The notes beneath the pieces are model-generated. The model made no database searches and had not been told where the DNA came from. It saw only the letters and a list, made by a program, of their open reading frames with translations. Positions 12,507 to 24,519 of a DNA stretch of 64,000 nt are shown here, one piece after another; position 1 is the first letter of the stretch; each line of letters starts with the position of its first letter. The stretch is from Penicillus capitatus (Eukaryota; Plantae; Chlorophyta): positions 423,101 to 487,100 of the forward strand of contig OZ287701.1 in assembly GCA_965649825.1 (NCBI GenBank). Reading direction: 5' to 3'. A program made the translations under genes and the position numbers.

Positions 12507-15500
12507 TTATGGATTAAACCAGGTTGTGCTGGTACACCTGCGCAGTCCGTACTTGCAACTGTCATCCGAATTTGATTCCACAGTCAATCCTCCCAAAGAA
12601 CTCTTGCACCTGCGCAGTTCCATGGTGTGGACTTTTACTGATGAATCTAGGACAAAGATTCTTCCCGAGGCACTTTTGCATCGACGCAATCGGCAAGGTC
12701 CCTCATCCTTTAACACCTCTTTGATGACAATCTGCTCGGAAGCTTTGTCAAACACCAAACGCTTCTCCGTCTTCCTGGCTGTCGTTTTTGTTGGAGGCAG
12801 TTCTCTGGCAAGAATAGCACTCTTGCATCTGCGCATTCCAAGAGCCTTCTTCTCTCCTGCGGTGTCCTCCATGATGATCCTGTGCACAACTTCTTGACAC
12901 ACTGGGCATCTAATCGCCGTCCTTTCGCAGAGGGTTTCCTTGAGCGCACTCAAAGCGCAGTCCTTGCAGTAGCACTTGTGTCTCCTGGTTTGGCAGTCTG
13001 TAAGATTCGACAGATACCGAATGCTGATCTTACGTGTCTCCGTGGACGGCAGAGCATGTGGGATTCTTCGGTTTTGGGGGAGAGCCTGTCGCCTTCGAAG
13101 TTGAACCTTTACCCTTCTGCTTGCGTTCCACTGGCTTGCCGGCTACTTTCTTCCCGGAATCCTTGTTTTTGTTCTTCTTGTCTTCTGCCTTACGTGCTTC
13201 TTCCTTTGCATTACAGATCGCGCACTCCTTGATCTCTTTCTCCACTACTCTCGGCGGCCAAGGAGCGGCGTTCATGATCACGCGGTCGATGCGCTTTCGA
13301 CAGAATGGAAAAGGACATTCGCGTGTTTCCCTTTTCTTCAGCTTCTTGACAATCTTGTTGATGCTTTCGATGCAATAGCAGAGATGAATCCTGCAGCATT
13401 GATGGAGTGCTGTGCAAGTCGATGCAAAGAGTGTCGCACTTATTCTCCTGATTGATGGCGGATTCCGGATCGATTTTGCAAATCGGACATCGCTTGTCCC
13501 AAGAGAACGTCGCGCTCTCACATCTGCGCAGCTGCGGGACAGGCTCTCTGCTGGATGTGTCTTCGATGGAGGGCTGATTGGATGGCCCAGGTTGAACTGG
13601 GAACTTGACTAAGCTCTCATTAGGAACAGTAGCCTGCGGAAGCTTCTCCAGATCAGGCATTGCGCTGTTGACTCTGCGCAGTCTGGAAAGTGCTTCTTCG
13701 ATAACTGCATCCTTGACGATGATGCGTTCTGCGTCTTTCTGACACACTGGACACTTGATCTTGCACTTCTTTGCCAGTGCCTTGGCGGCTTCTCTGCGTG
13801 CACAGCTATGGCAGTAGCATAGATGTTCCCTGAAAAGCGGCGCATGTGACACAAATGGAGTGTCTGCGATCTTACGTAACTCCGTGCAACACCGTGCATG
13901 TGGGACTCTCGGCGCCGCACGCAAGGCACTTTGAGTTCTTCTCTTTGGCAGGTGATCTCATGTTCGTGGCAGCCTTTCTGATGACGCAATCATGAACCCA
14001 CCTTCCTCTCAGTCTCCTGGCAAGCTCTCTTCCACAATCCGTACAGTAGCAAAGATGCTTCCTGAAACAGCCATGCATGTAACTGAACTTGCGAAAGAAG
14101 CAGCGTTACGTGTTTCCGTGTCTGACGGCGCAGGTCGGATCGATGAGGCAGGTGGGGCATCGCTCGAAGTAGGGACCGTCGTTCATGATGACTCTCTCCG
14201 CCAACTGTCCGCATTTTGGGCACCTGATCTCCTGCTCGTCGAGAAGTGCCTCCTTCAGCTTCTTGGCACACTCGGTGCAGTAACACAGGTGCTTTCTAGC
14301 AGAAAGGCGTTGTTTCGTCTCCAGGGAAGATAGAGTTCTTACGTGTTGCCATGCCGAACGGAGCATGTCGGATCCTCTCTGCACTTCTCGCACTGTGGCA
14401 CATGATCAACGTCGAGGACTGTGACTCTCACAGTCAGTGTGACCCATCCTTTGTTCACGAAACCAAGAGATTCATCTGTTAACTGATCAATCGTTAAAAA
14501 CTCGCGAAAGCCCTGGCTCTTGTGTTTTCCGACAACGGATGTAAACTCTGTAGAATGTTGTCAGCAATCGAAAGCTTTGTAGAAACGAAATGCTGACTTT
14601 CGACTCTATCTCCGGAAGGCTTTGGTGACTTGTAATTCACAGCGCGAAACTCAGTTCTTGTAGAGATAGGACGATCGTGAAGATTGACAAGGTACAGGCC
14701 GACGTTGTTTGAATTCGAACTGTTTCCCTTTGGTTTAAGGAACAGCTCCCTGCAAATGAAACACAAAGAAAGTAGATCATTGGCGATTTTACTGTTGGTC
14801 GTGAAACGCACCATTTGGTTTTTTCGACTTTAAACCCCTCTGATCTCAGTATTGACGGGCACATTCCTTGCAGCCCCTTTAGTTTCCACTATGGAAATCA
14901 AATCAATGTACTTCGAAGGAGAAGTCGATCGTACAGTGCATGTGGCTGTCTTCCGGGTGACGGAGACTCTCCAGCGTTCATTGTCCTGGAGCTTGAGTCT
15001 GATCTCTGCGCGGACGAGAAGGCAGTCGTCGTGTATGAATCCCTCGTCCGAATGCATCACTCTTGCGGCAGAGATGGGATGGTATGCCAGGAAATCGTCA
15101 CATCGACCAGGAAACAATTCACGAGATCCACCTATGAACAGAGAGTTTGAGCTGGATTTCTTCATCAGACGAAACTGTAACCTTCCACGACATTCTCTCT
15201 GCTTTTCCGATTCACAAGGGTGACGGCGAAATGAGCTGTCACCCGGGTCACACCCTCATTGTACAAAATAGCACCTAACTGTCCATTGAACAGGTGCTGC
15301 ACTTCGATACGCCTGAAAACACCGAATATCGTCAAGAGCAACGTCAGTTTGCTGTCTGACCAAATTCTCCTGTCTAGCTCAAACGGCTTATTGGACACCC
15401 TTCTGTTTCTCACACTGAGAAGACGTTCAGACACCCAATACTACAAAGAACGGATCATGTCGTCACAAAAGCGATGGCTTTGTGTAGCTGACCTCATAGG

Positions 15501-18500
15501 TCGCGTAGTATTTGTACTTGTTGAGAATGAAACTATTGGGAATACCATTGTCTTCGCCATATCCACCTGCACACATTCACATCAAAAGGAAAAGGCATCA
15601 GTCAGCATTCTATATACTTTCGCGGATCCTTTTGTCACCATCGGGCTCCCCCCATGTCGAAGGAACTTGATTCAGAGGTTTTGGAACGTATGCGATCTTC
15701 TTGTCGAACTCTCGCTCTTCGAATAGCGTAATTTTGATCTCGATCGTTGCCCAGCCTTCTTTGACAAATCCCAATGCAATGTTATCCAGCTCAGCTCGAG
15801 AAAACTTAACTGCTACCCATCTTCTGTCATATCCTCGGATCACTCGATAGCAGCCTGTTCTGTACATTTCGATGCCAGGGAGGAAAGTGATCGATTTACT
15901 TTTTGTTCTGTCTCTTGCAGAGTCATTGCAATGTTCAGCGCGAATAGTAAAGAGTCCTCGTATGAGCTCCTTTTTCGTGTTTTTTATTAAAATAACAGAA
16001 GAACTTGAACCTGTTAAGCCATTGGGATAACAGAACGCCTGCCTGTTCCCAAACAAAACCTTGCATTGAGAAATTAGTATACAGAAGACACTCACAGCTC
16101 AGAGTCTTCAATTCTGATGATTCCAGTGGCAACACACCATGGGCTCATATTTGTCACAAACCTCAGCTTCCACTGGGCACCACTCGACGATGGGCCAATA
16201 CAATGAGAACAGGTGATCACCTTGCAAGTCGCTGTCTTTCTGTCCACTGAGATCTGGCAGGATTCGCTGTCATCCCGTTTCAGTCTCATATCCAGACGAA
16301 CGAGGAAGCAACCCTCTCTTACGAATCCGGAATCCTGTGTTGTTATCTGGCTGCGCGAAAGGAGTTCATGTTCGCAGCAATCGTTCATGAACGAGAACTG
16401 GCACAGGTCTCCTGGCGAACATCTGTTTTAGCATTCGGTTTATTGCGAGTCTTGATTCGCCGCTACCTGTACGATAGCTGTTCTCATCATTGTCATGATT
16501 CATCAGAGTGAATCCAAACTGAACATCCACTCGGCTCTCGTTCTTCGACTTAAGGCAAGCCAAAAGGGATCCACGTTCATTGCATCTGAGTCCGATGCAC
16601 CTTAGACACAACAAGCACGGTCGACAGAGTGAAACGATCTCTTTTAACAACCATAGTCGGCCTTCCACTGCGAATGTGTTTGTGAAAATCTGTTGCGTCA
16701 ATCCTAGAAATGATATGATCACGCACCACTGTCCAAATGTAAACAAACATCATTACAGCCAATAAGATCTGGAATGGCTCACCTCATAGGAAACAAACCA
16801 ACTGTTCAGCGTGATCCTGTTACTGTGGGAAATGTAATCAAGTCCAAAAAATGGAAGAGTTTGTGCACGGCCACCTAAATGGGCAAATAGTGTGCAAATC
16901 TTAGAAGCATCTGAGTACCCTCATTGTGCACGGCAATATGACTTTCGATCTGGGGTAGACGTCGCGGTGGAATCTGGCTAAAAATCGGACCCAGTGAGAG
17001 TTGAAAATCCCAGTCTCTGACCGGCTTGATCTCGATACGCATGTTCAACCAGCCGTTTTCCACGAATGGAGAATATCTGTCCAACAGATCCGCCGTGCTT
17101 TTGAGCAGTTGAACCCATCCTTTAGAAGAGCCACCGTCGATGCGCTCCTCGAACTCTGGAACAGAAATGTCTGATAAAAAACAACAGCAGAGCAGGAGAA
17201 CCTGCAACTGGATCAGTATTCACGTCTTCCTTAAATACTGGAACACACAGGTATGGTGAGGATATCAACGGTAAGGGAAGACATGTAAGTTGGCATTTGT
17301 CGCATGCTTGATTAAGTTTGTCGATTTTCGCTAAAATCCCAATAGGACTGTTGCTCATGTTGATGAGAAGAACACTCATACAATCTCCACCAGAATCCCC
17401 TTTTTCCTTGCAAAGTTTTAACTTCCTATACGGACAGGAAACGTTCTGTAGCAAGAATGGAATATTCTATTGTGCACAGCTGACATCTCGCAGTCTCCAA
17501 TTTTGAAAACGTCACTGCTGACGATTGATGGACTCAGTTTCCAAGGAGAATAGACTCTCCACTGTTACAATCCAATCTTGGACTTTAAGAAAACGCTCAC
17601 TCTGCGCTTACTTCACACACCGTCTTTTCTCTCCAGACTCTGTGAGCGAAGGACTCGTTTTTTCGATGTTTTATCCTCAACTCCAGCCGCAGAGTGAAGA
17701 GATCGTTTTTTAAATATCCGGATGACGGATCCTTAATTTCTGACGCATCGATGAATGGACCCACCTTCACCCTTGCTCGAAACAACCCAAAATGACCAAG
17801 AGCATCTGTAACCATACGTGCCACTCGCCAAACCGTCCACCTTGTAAACGCAGAGGAGGTAGGTACCTCTTGTTAGGCTTTTCCTTTTATCTTCATAGTT
17901 AACAAGAGTGATAGTGAAGTGCGCATGCACTGGTCGGTTATGCGTCTCCAGTCCAGCCACAAGCTTCCCGTCTTCTCGATATTCCGCAAAGATGCGCCTG
18001 GAGAAACGGATATCCCGTTTTGTGTGTGACAGCCTTCGACGTCCTTTACCATTTCCTGCCACCGGCTTTGAAGTCTAACGATTTCATCCTCCCCTCTCGT
18101 TGAAAAACGGAGTGGCGTCCGCGCCACTGTCACAGACGTTGTTGCACAAGCCAAACGACACGTTTAGTTTTCGTTACCTTGTTGTTCGCATACACTGGTT
18201 CATGAGACGAGTCGTCTTCTTCCGCACTGCCGTCATGACAAACCAAACTTAAAGACGGCCAAACTCCAATTTGCATGAATGGCGTTCCAAATCGTTAAAA
18301 CGTTTTCGAATTCTCGGTGCGCCAACTGTCAGAGACCAAAAAGGACACACTTTGGCAGGCAAGCCAAAAGAGTTTCCGTATTTCCAATTATAAATAACGG
18401 CGCCGTGATAGATGTACGATTGTGCCATCGCGACCTGATGACAGCGCGGACAGGAAGGAATCTGCGAAGAAAGTGCTGACACAGCACAAATGGAGCAAAC

Positions 18501-18554
18501 GAAAGAACCGTCTGTGCGCCTAATCGGCTTCTCATGAGAAGGCTCGCCAGACAT
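12507..18554 (-). CDS. Multi-MATH (about 6) plus five MDM2-type C2H2C4 RING protein, putative E3 ligase; 5' end uncertain
   Basis: Six MATH-like blocks (e.g. SLDFKAGGRKWRIF..HFTITLVN..GYLKNDLFTLRLE; WKLKG..FKVEKTKW|ELFLKPKG..VGLYL..GFREFL..GFVNKGWVTLTV). The last runs in frame into CEKC-x9-H-x4-H-x3-C-x2-C..CPKC RING repeats. Continuity of every MATH exon was not fully verified. Confidence 0.72.
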
Positions 18555-19022
18555 GTAAATTTAGAGAGCGTATGCAGTCCACAGCCACCTTGGCGGAAAG
18601 TGGACAATTATCAAATGTCTATCTCACTGAAATCATACACTTATCATAGATGTCGATTTCCGCGAAGAAGTTGAAAGGCGTTTGTGTATGTCTACGTCAT
18701 GCCAGGCTGCGCCTCTTGGTCACCCAGAATCCACCACTGCCTGGCCTGACTCAAGAACCCTCCGGCCTTATCTCTAAAGACGATTTCTGTGCATACTCCA
18801 AAGACATGCTGTTTTGATAGATGCAATGACCTCAGGGGCGTTACATCCGATATAGCGACGCCGCTTTATGAAGTTGTTCGATCTGACGCAACTTTCGGCC
18901 ACCTTTTTTCTTTAAACTGATCGTCTTCCATCTTCCGAAAGCCGCGTGATCTAATAACTGATGTGGCATCCATGACTGTACGGTGCGATACAGCCAAAGA
19001 CCGGTGCTTCTCTCTTTGGAGC

Positions 19023-19374
19023 TCAGTAATAGCTGTTCAGTGCAGGAAGGATAAGGAGATATCATAGCAGATCCTGCAGCACAGTTGGGTTACCCAGGTC
19101 TGTTTGGATGCATTTGTTGCAGTCGGTTTCCGCATCCGGAACACATTAGCGGCTCTTGTGTGACTCCCTCGATTTCCGCCGACGGCGGAGGCGTACATCG
19201 GATCTGCGTCGCTTCCACATAGCTTCTCTTCCTTCGCACTCCATCACTCCGATGCCGTCGTTGCTGGAGAGAGGGGGATGACGATGACAATAGGAATGGC
19301 AACAGATGCGTGTACGGATCGCTAACACGGCGATGAACGATGGTGCCTGTCTGACACGATCTCAATGTCATCAT
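19023..19374 (-). pseudogene. Probable 5' fragment of a YqeH/NOA1/BPG2-like GTPase gene
   Basis: Transit-peptide-like leader then CSGCGNRLQQMHPNRPG|YY followed by TGA. This resembles the CxGCG..Q....PGYY zinc-finger start of the family; no GTPase domain follows. Confidence 0.45.
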
Positions 19375-19635
19375 GCTGTGTCGTCACCCTTGATGTACGA
19401 CAGCATGATTAGCGACAAACAACGAGATGGGACACATCTGAGCAGTCATGAATCGATAGAAGATTCAAACTCTGTTCATCATCGATGTTCACTGCTAAGC
19501 GTACTTAAAGGCGAAACCAATCGATATAGTCTATTCTCACATGCGTCTTCCACACGTCTACATGACCGACTTTCTGTCCCGTCACTGCCGAAACGGAATT
19601 CACCAAGATCGATCGCTCTCCCCATAGGTTCTGTG

Positions 19636-21564
19636 TCATGAGTATTGGCGACAGCGACTATTTTTAAAGTGTTTCTCGGGATTCTTCTTTGGCAAGACAG
19701 CCAGACAGAGAAAACAGAATCGATAGGGACAGACAGAGCAGTGAATGATATTGTCCCGACTTGTCTTTGGCTGATACGTGCTGCAAACTGGGCATCTCTT
19801 GTACTCCCAAAATCGTTCATCTAGGTCATATGGATTAGGATTCCTACACACACCATCAGGAACAACATTTTCAATTCAGAATAACGTACGCTTTGAGTCG
19901 TCTTTTATCCTCTGCCTGCATTCACGCACATCGTCAAACACCAAGGCACCAATGTTTAGTAGCACCTCTCGTTTTTGTTGATCCTTTTGAAGCCATTCCC
20001 ATTCGGAAATGTCACTTTTGTTGAAAAACCGGCTTCCTTTTGCGTTGAAGTGATCGTAAGTGATATCCATGCTTCTGTCGACAACGTAGTTGTAATGTGT
20101 GTTGCAAGAGGTACAGAACATGTGATCGCATCCTCCATCTTTTTCGACTCCCATGCCACAGTTGGGGCATTCATGGGCGTTCGTCTTCACATACTGCATG
20201 GAAAGAACCTGATTCCTGAGATCTTGCAGATAACGTTGGCGCTTCTGTCCAGCTCTCTCTACTGCACCCAACAGCTTCTTTCCCCATCGAACGCATTTCC
20301 TATACCACAGAACTTGCGATTGGAGTTTATTGAGTAGTGGAGCGCACCTGCCGGGGTGCCACGCACCCAGACATTCCGCGCAGAAGGCGTAGTAACACTT
20401 AGGACACTGAGCAAACTGATCGCTCTCCACGATACATGCCGTGCTGCAACGGGGACAGTACTTAATGTCGGACATCGCTTCGAGCGTTCTCTGAAACAAC
20501 AGCTGCTCCCAACGATCGAAGTCCTCCTGATGCCACTCATCGTCATTCTGACTGCCTCGCCTTGCGTCTGTGTGGGAGCGTACCTTCTCTAAGTGCTCCT
20601 TCAGAACCTCCGGAGGCACAGGCGTGGTGCATTTGACCTCTGGGCAGTGCAGTTCGACATGTCCTTGCTCGATGTTGACGGAGCAATACTTCCGGAAGCA
20701 TTCGACGCAGCAGAAATGCTGGCACTTGTTGAAACGGACAAAGTTCTTTCCGGGCTGCTCTTCCATGCAGACGGGACAGGACCACGCACTCTTCTGGAAT
20801 TCCTCGTTCGATCGGATCGTGTCGTGTTGGAGCATGTCTTGCATGATCTCCAGCGGAGAGATCTCATCCGAACACACTGCTATCCGGGGATCGTCGTTTT
20901 CTTGCCACGAACGTGGTGGCACGTCGATGGGAAGATGCGTGTCGATCTGCAGCGCCGACAGCAGAGATCGCTGCAGCCAGTCGATCCACGTAAAGCAAAC
21001 AGGAAAACCGGACGCCTCCTGCCACATCCGATCCAACTGTGCGGCCAACTGCGTGAGCTGTTGCCGGGAAAGCCAAAATGCAGAGAGACGGAATCCGGGA
21101 GGTGCATCCGACGGATAACCAGGAACAAGATCCAGCATCAGACACAGAGGCGGCACGTGGAGGACCTAAGCTCTATCCGTCTTTGTACAGAGGAGGTGTC
21201 GCGTGCAGACATCGGACCTTAGAGCTCCGCTCTTCTGTTTCTGCGGTACTGGATTGACTGCCGTTGGTCGAGGCGAGGGAAAGCGTCACGCCGTCTGAGG
21301 GCACTTCAATTCGCACCGTGACTCGACAATGCAAGTCGACGGGTTTCTCGGGGACACTGCTTTCGAGGAGTTCTGTGAAATCGCTGTCTTCCTGCAGTTT
21401 TGGCCCTCCTTCCCATTCCGACAATCTGGTATCTAATGTCACTCACGCGAAAAAGCGAGACGTTACCTGAAATCTGATCCAAGGATCGAACGCAGGGCGA
21501 TGACCTCGTCCATCTGTTCCTGCCAGTTTCCAGCATAGGAGGCAGCGTCGACCATGGTGTTCAT
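19636..21564 (-). CDS. RNF14-like: RWD-RING1-IBR-RING2 (RBR) E3 ubiquitin ligase, RNF14-like
   Basis: RWD start EQMDEVIALRSI and YPSDAPP; RING1 CPVC..CQHFCCVEC..CPEVKC; IBR CPRC..CPKCYYAFCAEC..WHPG; RING2 CPNC..KDGGCDHMFC; extra C-terminal Cys-rich module. Confidence 0.93.
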
Positions 21565-22750
21565 CCTTCTATTCTTAAAAGCGTCGTCGTTTGCGTTGAA
21601 GAGTGAGATGATATAATGGGCACTTGGATGGTGTATCGTCTCCTTGAATACAGCACCGATAGAGACGAGTCCAATGCCTCCGGCTGCAAAGCTCGGAAAT
21701 ACGGCGGCCGCGAACACCGATTCGCGAAAAGCGTAGAGTCGATCGAGGAGTAAAGACAGGAGATTATGACCGTCCTCTACAGAGGGCTGCGCGCTTCTGC
21801 TTTGGTAACGAGAGAGAATCCGCAATGCTGTTCGCCGTAAGCAGCGATCGAACGATATATAGTATGCAAAGAGACCTGCCGATGAAGCGAGCAGGAAGCG
21901 GCCGAGAAGGCAAACTCGCACGAGTCGTACAGGATGGCGTCGTCGGATCACTACCCGTAGGGAACCGTCCACCCTGCTATCCTGGCCTCCAACAGGCTAT
22001 CCCTAGAATAGCTGAGAGCTCGTCGAGAACGTCGACGCCCCTCTCCAAACAACCAGCGCAGCATGGATTCCTCCGTGCTGGTTGCTTCCGTCGAATCCGG
22101 CCAGAGCGATTGAGCAGGTGTCCAAGGATAGTCCGAAATACCGCTGACAGCGTCGAACTATAGTCATAGGATTTCAACCCGTTCAGACAATTCCTCTCTA
22201 GAACTGCAGCTCTTCATCTGCCGTCATCACAAATCCATCGCCAGACAGGAACCCAAAAAACGCCCTGAGATTGTTGGGTCGATACGTTCTGACGCACAGG
22301 TGAAATCTTCCACCAAGCTGCGGCAACTCGGCAACGACATGCGTGGCAGTATCTGGGTGGAATCCGCCTTGGAGGATTTGATACTGGACGCAAATCATCT
22401 CGATGACCATCTAGACGTGTCGCGTCAATATGGTGACAGAGAGCATTAATCGAGACATAGAGGTAACAGCGATGGAGTTAAAGAGATCATCAGGAAACAA
22501 AGGAATCGTCTAGGTTGCCATGGTCTTCAGGACCCCGTCCATTCTTCAGCCGAGACTTGATTCGTTACGACAGAACAAGGTCGACAGAAGATGGATGTAA
22601 TCAATGAAGTAGAAATAAAGTGTGACTGCACATCAAACTCACAAACGTCACTTCACTAGATTGATCGCTCAACAAATTTGGCAACACAGTCGTGGATGTA
22701 AAAACATAAAAGACAAACAGCCCCGTCCATAATTTCAAAGTGTGATGTCT

Positions 22751-24414
22751 TCACATGTCGAGCAACGCGTGCAGCTCGTCTTCAGAAAAATCGCTGAAAA
22801 GCAGCTTCATTCCTGGGGCGCATTCACGCACGACGCTCGAGGTCTTGATTCTGCGTCGCTGTTTCTCGGTTACTTGCAGATGAAGCATGATCCCTTCGCC
22901 TTTACCCGGTCCAGGTGCTGCTGTACCAAGCCCACCAAGAAAGGGAGCGGGTCCGACAATATATGCCATCTTCGACGACCCGCCGCCGAAGTCGATTTCT
23001 GTCGTAGGCATCTTCACCATGCTCGTTATGCCTCCTCTAAATACGGTAATATCCATTGGAAGCTGACCAGTCGAGGTAATTATGTAATAAGCCAAAGCTG
23101 TCTGCACCGGAAGCTGCGGCTGCGTTCTGAAATCTGTCACACTTTTGCGGATGATCAGAGACAGTTCCGCAAAAGTCTCTCGGAGAGACTTTCCTTCGAG
23201 ATCACGGCCTTCCAAAGACGGTATTTGATACCCGTAACCATTTCCGCAGTAGTTCTCCGGAAGAAATTCGGCACCGTTCTGCAGATACTCAATTGCTATG
23301 GGCGTCGTGGTATTCGAGATTTCGAGATCCGAGGCGCTGACAACAGGCTGAGTTCGCTCTTTGAGAATTTCGATCGAAAGCATCCAATTGAAGGCGACGA
23401 GGATATCGTTGGTCGAGACGAACTGGCCTTCCTCCAAGAACGGCTTCACCATTGCTTTCATATCTGCCAACGTTTCCTGCAAGACACTCTTCGAATGATA
23501 TGATGTGACAGATGATAGAAAACCTTGGAGAAGTACAGAGGTTCTAGGGAAAACGAGTCGTCCGGAAACTGAACGAGGGTTGGAAATACCGCATCTGGCT
23601 TCACTTTACGTGGAAGCTGCGCGATGTCTTCGCCCAAAAAAGTGAAACGCTTGGCCAACTGATCTGGCCACATGTAGGAACGGTCGTGGCATCTGTCGGG
23701 AATCTCCACTCCACGGTATGCCCTTCCGAGGTCACGGTAGAGCTCGATGAGTCGCTGCCCGTCCATTAGTATGTGAGAAATGAAGAGGGTCACCGCACAG
23801 CCGTCTTTGAAATGCGTCAATCGTGCTGCGGCCAGAGCCTTTTCTCCGCTAGAGCACAAATACAGCTAAGCTTCTAATCATGGGTGACAGAATATAGTGG
23901 ACCTAAGCATGGCTTTGCTGTCTACAGCTTCCATGAAGAAAGGCATCTCCGGGCACACAGGGAAATTGGCATGAGGGGCTGTTATCTTGCCATAGGTCAG
24001 AATGGCGGATGCGATGGTCATGTCCGCTTGCATCTCGAAGAAAGGGAAGCCGAAGGCCTGAGCGTTCTCGGGATTGACCTATTTGGAATATCACTGTTAC
24101 TGGATGTCTTCAAAAGGGAGTCACTGTTACTGGATGTCTTCAAAAGGGAGATATTGTTTTCGCACTTCAATGCGGTAACGCGTATCGACGTCTGGCGCTA
24201 CTCTGCCGCAGAGGATTGGATACTTGACGGACAGCTTTTCTAGAGCCTCCTTTAAGTGTTCAGCGTCCACATCGTAGTCGAAGAAAAAGGGCCACGAAAT
24301 GAAGACGAAACTGTTGAGAGAGTAAACGTCGATTGGCGCCAGAAGAAACGTTCCGTCTTGGACGCCTTGCGGATGAATCCATTCTTCTTTCAAAAGCTTG
24401 AAAGGCTCCGGCAT
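22751..24414 (-). CDS. BAHD-family acyltransferase, copy A
   Basis: HXXXD motif (SHILMDG), DFGGG variant of DFGWG, N-terminal LKEALEKLSVKYPILCGR; four exons. Confidence 0.88.
24091..24150. repeat. 30-bp perfect tandem duplication in BAHD-A intron 1
   Basis: tcactgttactggatgtcttcaaaagggag occurs twice; single in copies B and C. Confidence 0.95.
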
Positions 24415-24519
24415 TACGAAAGACACGAAAACGGAACGGTTCAGTGGTTTTTTAGACGCGGAATTTCCTGAGCGTACCTCTAAAAAGCCAGTACGTAAAT
24501 GTGTGCCATTTGTTGTCAT

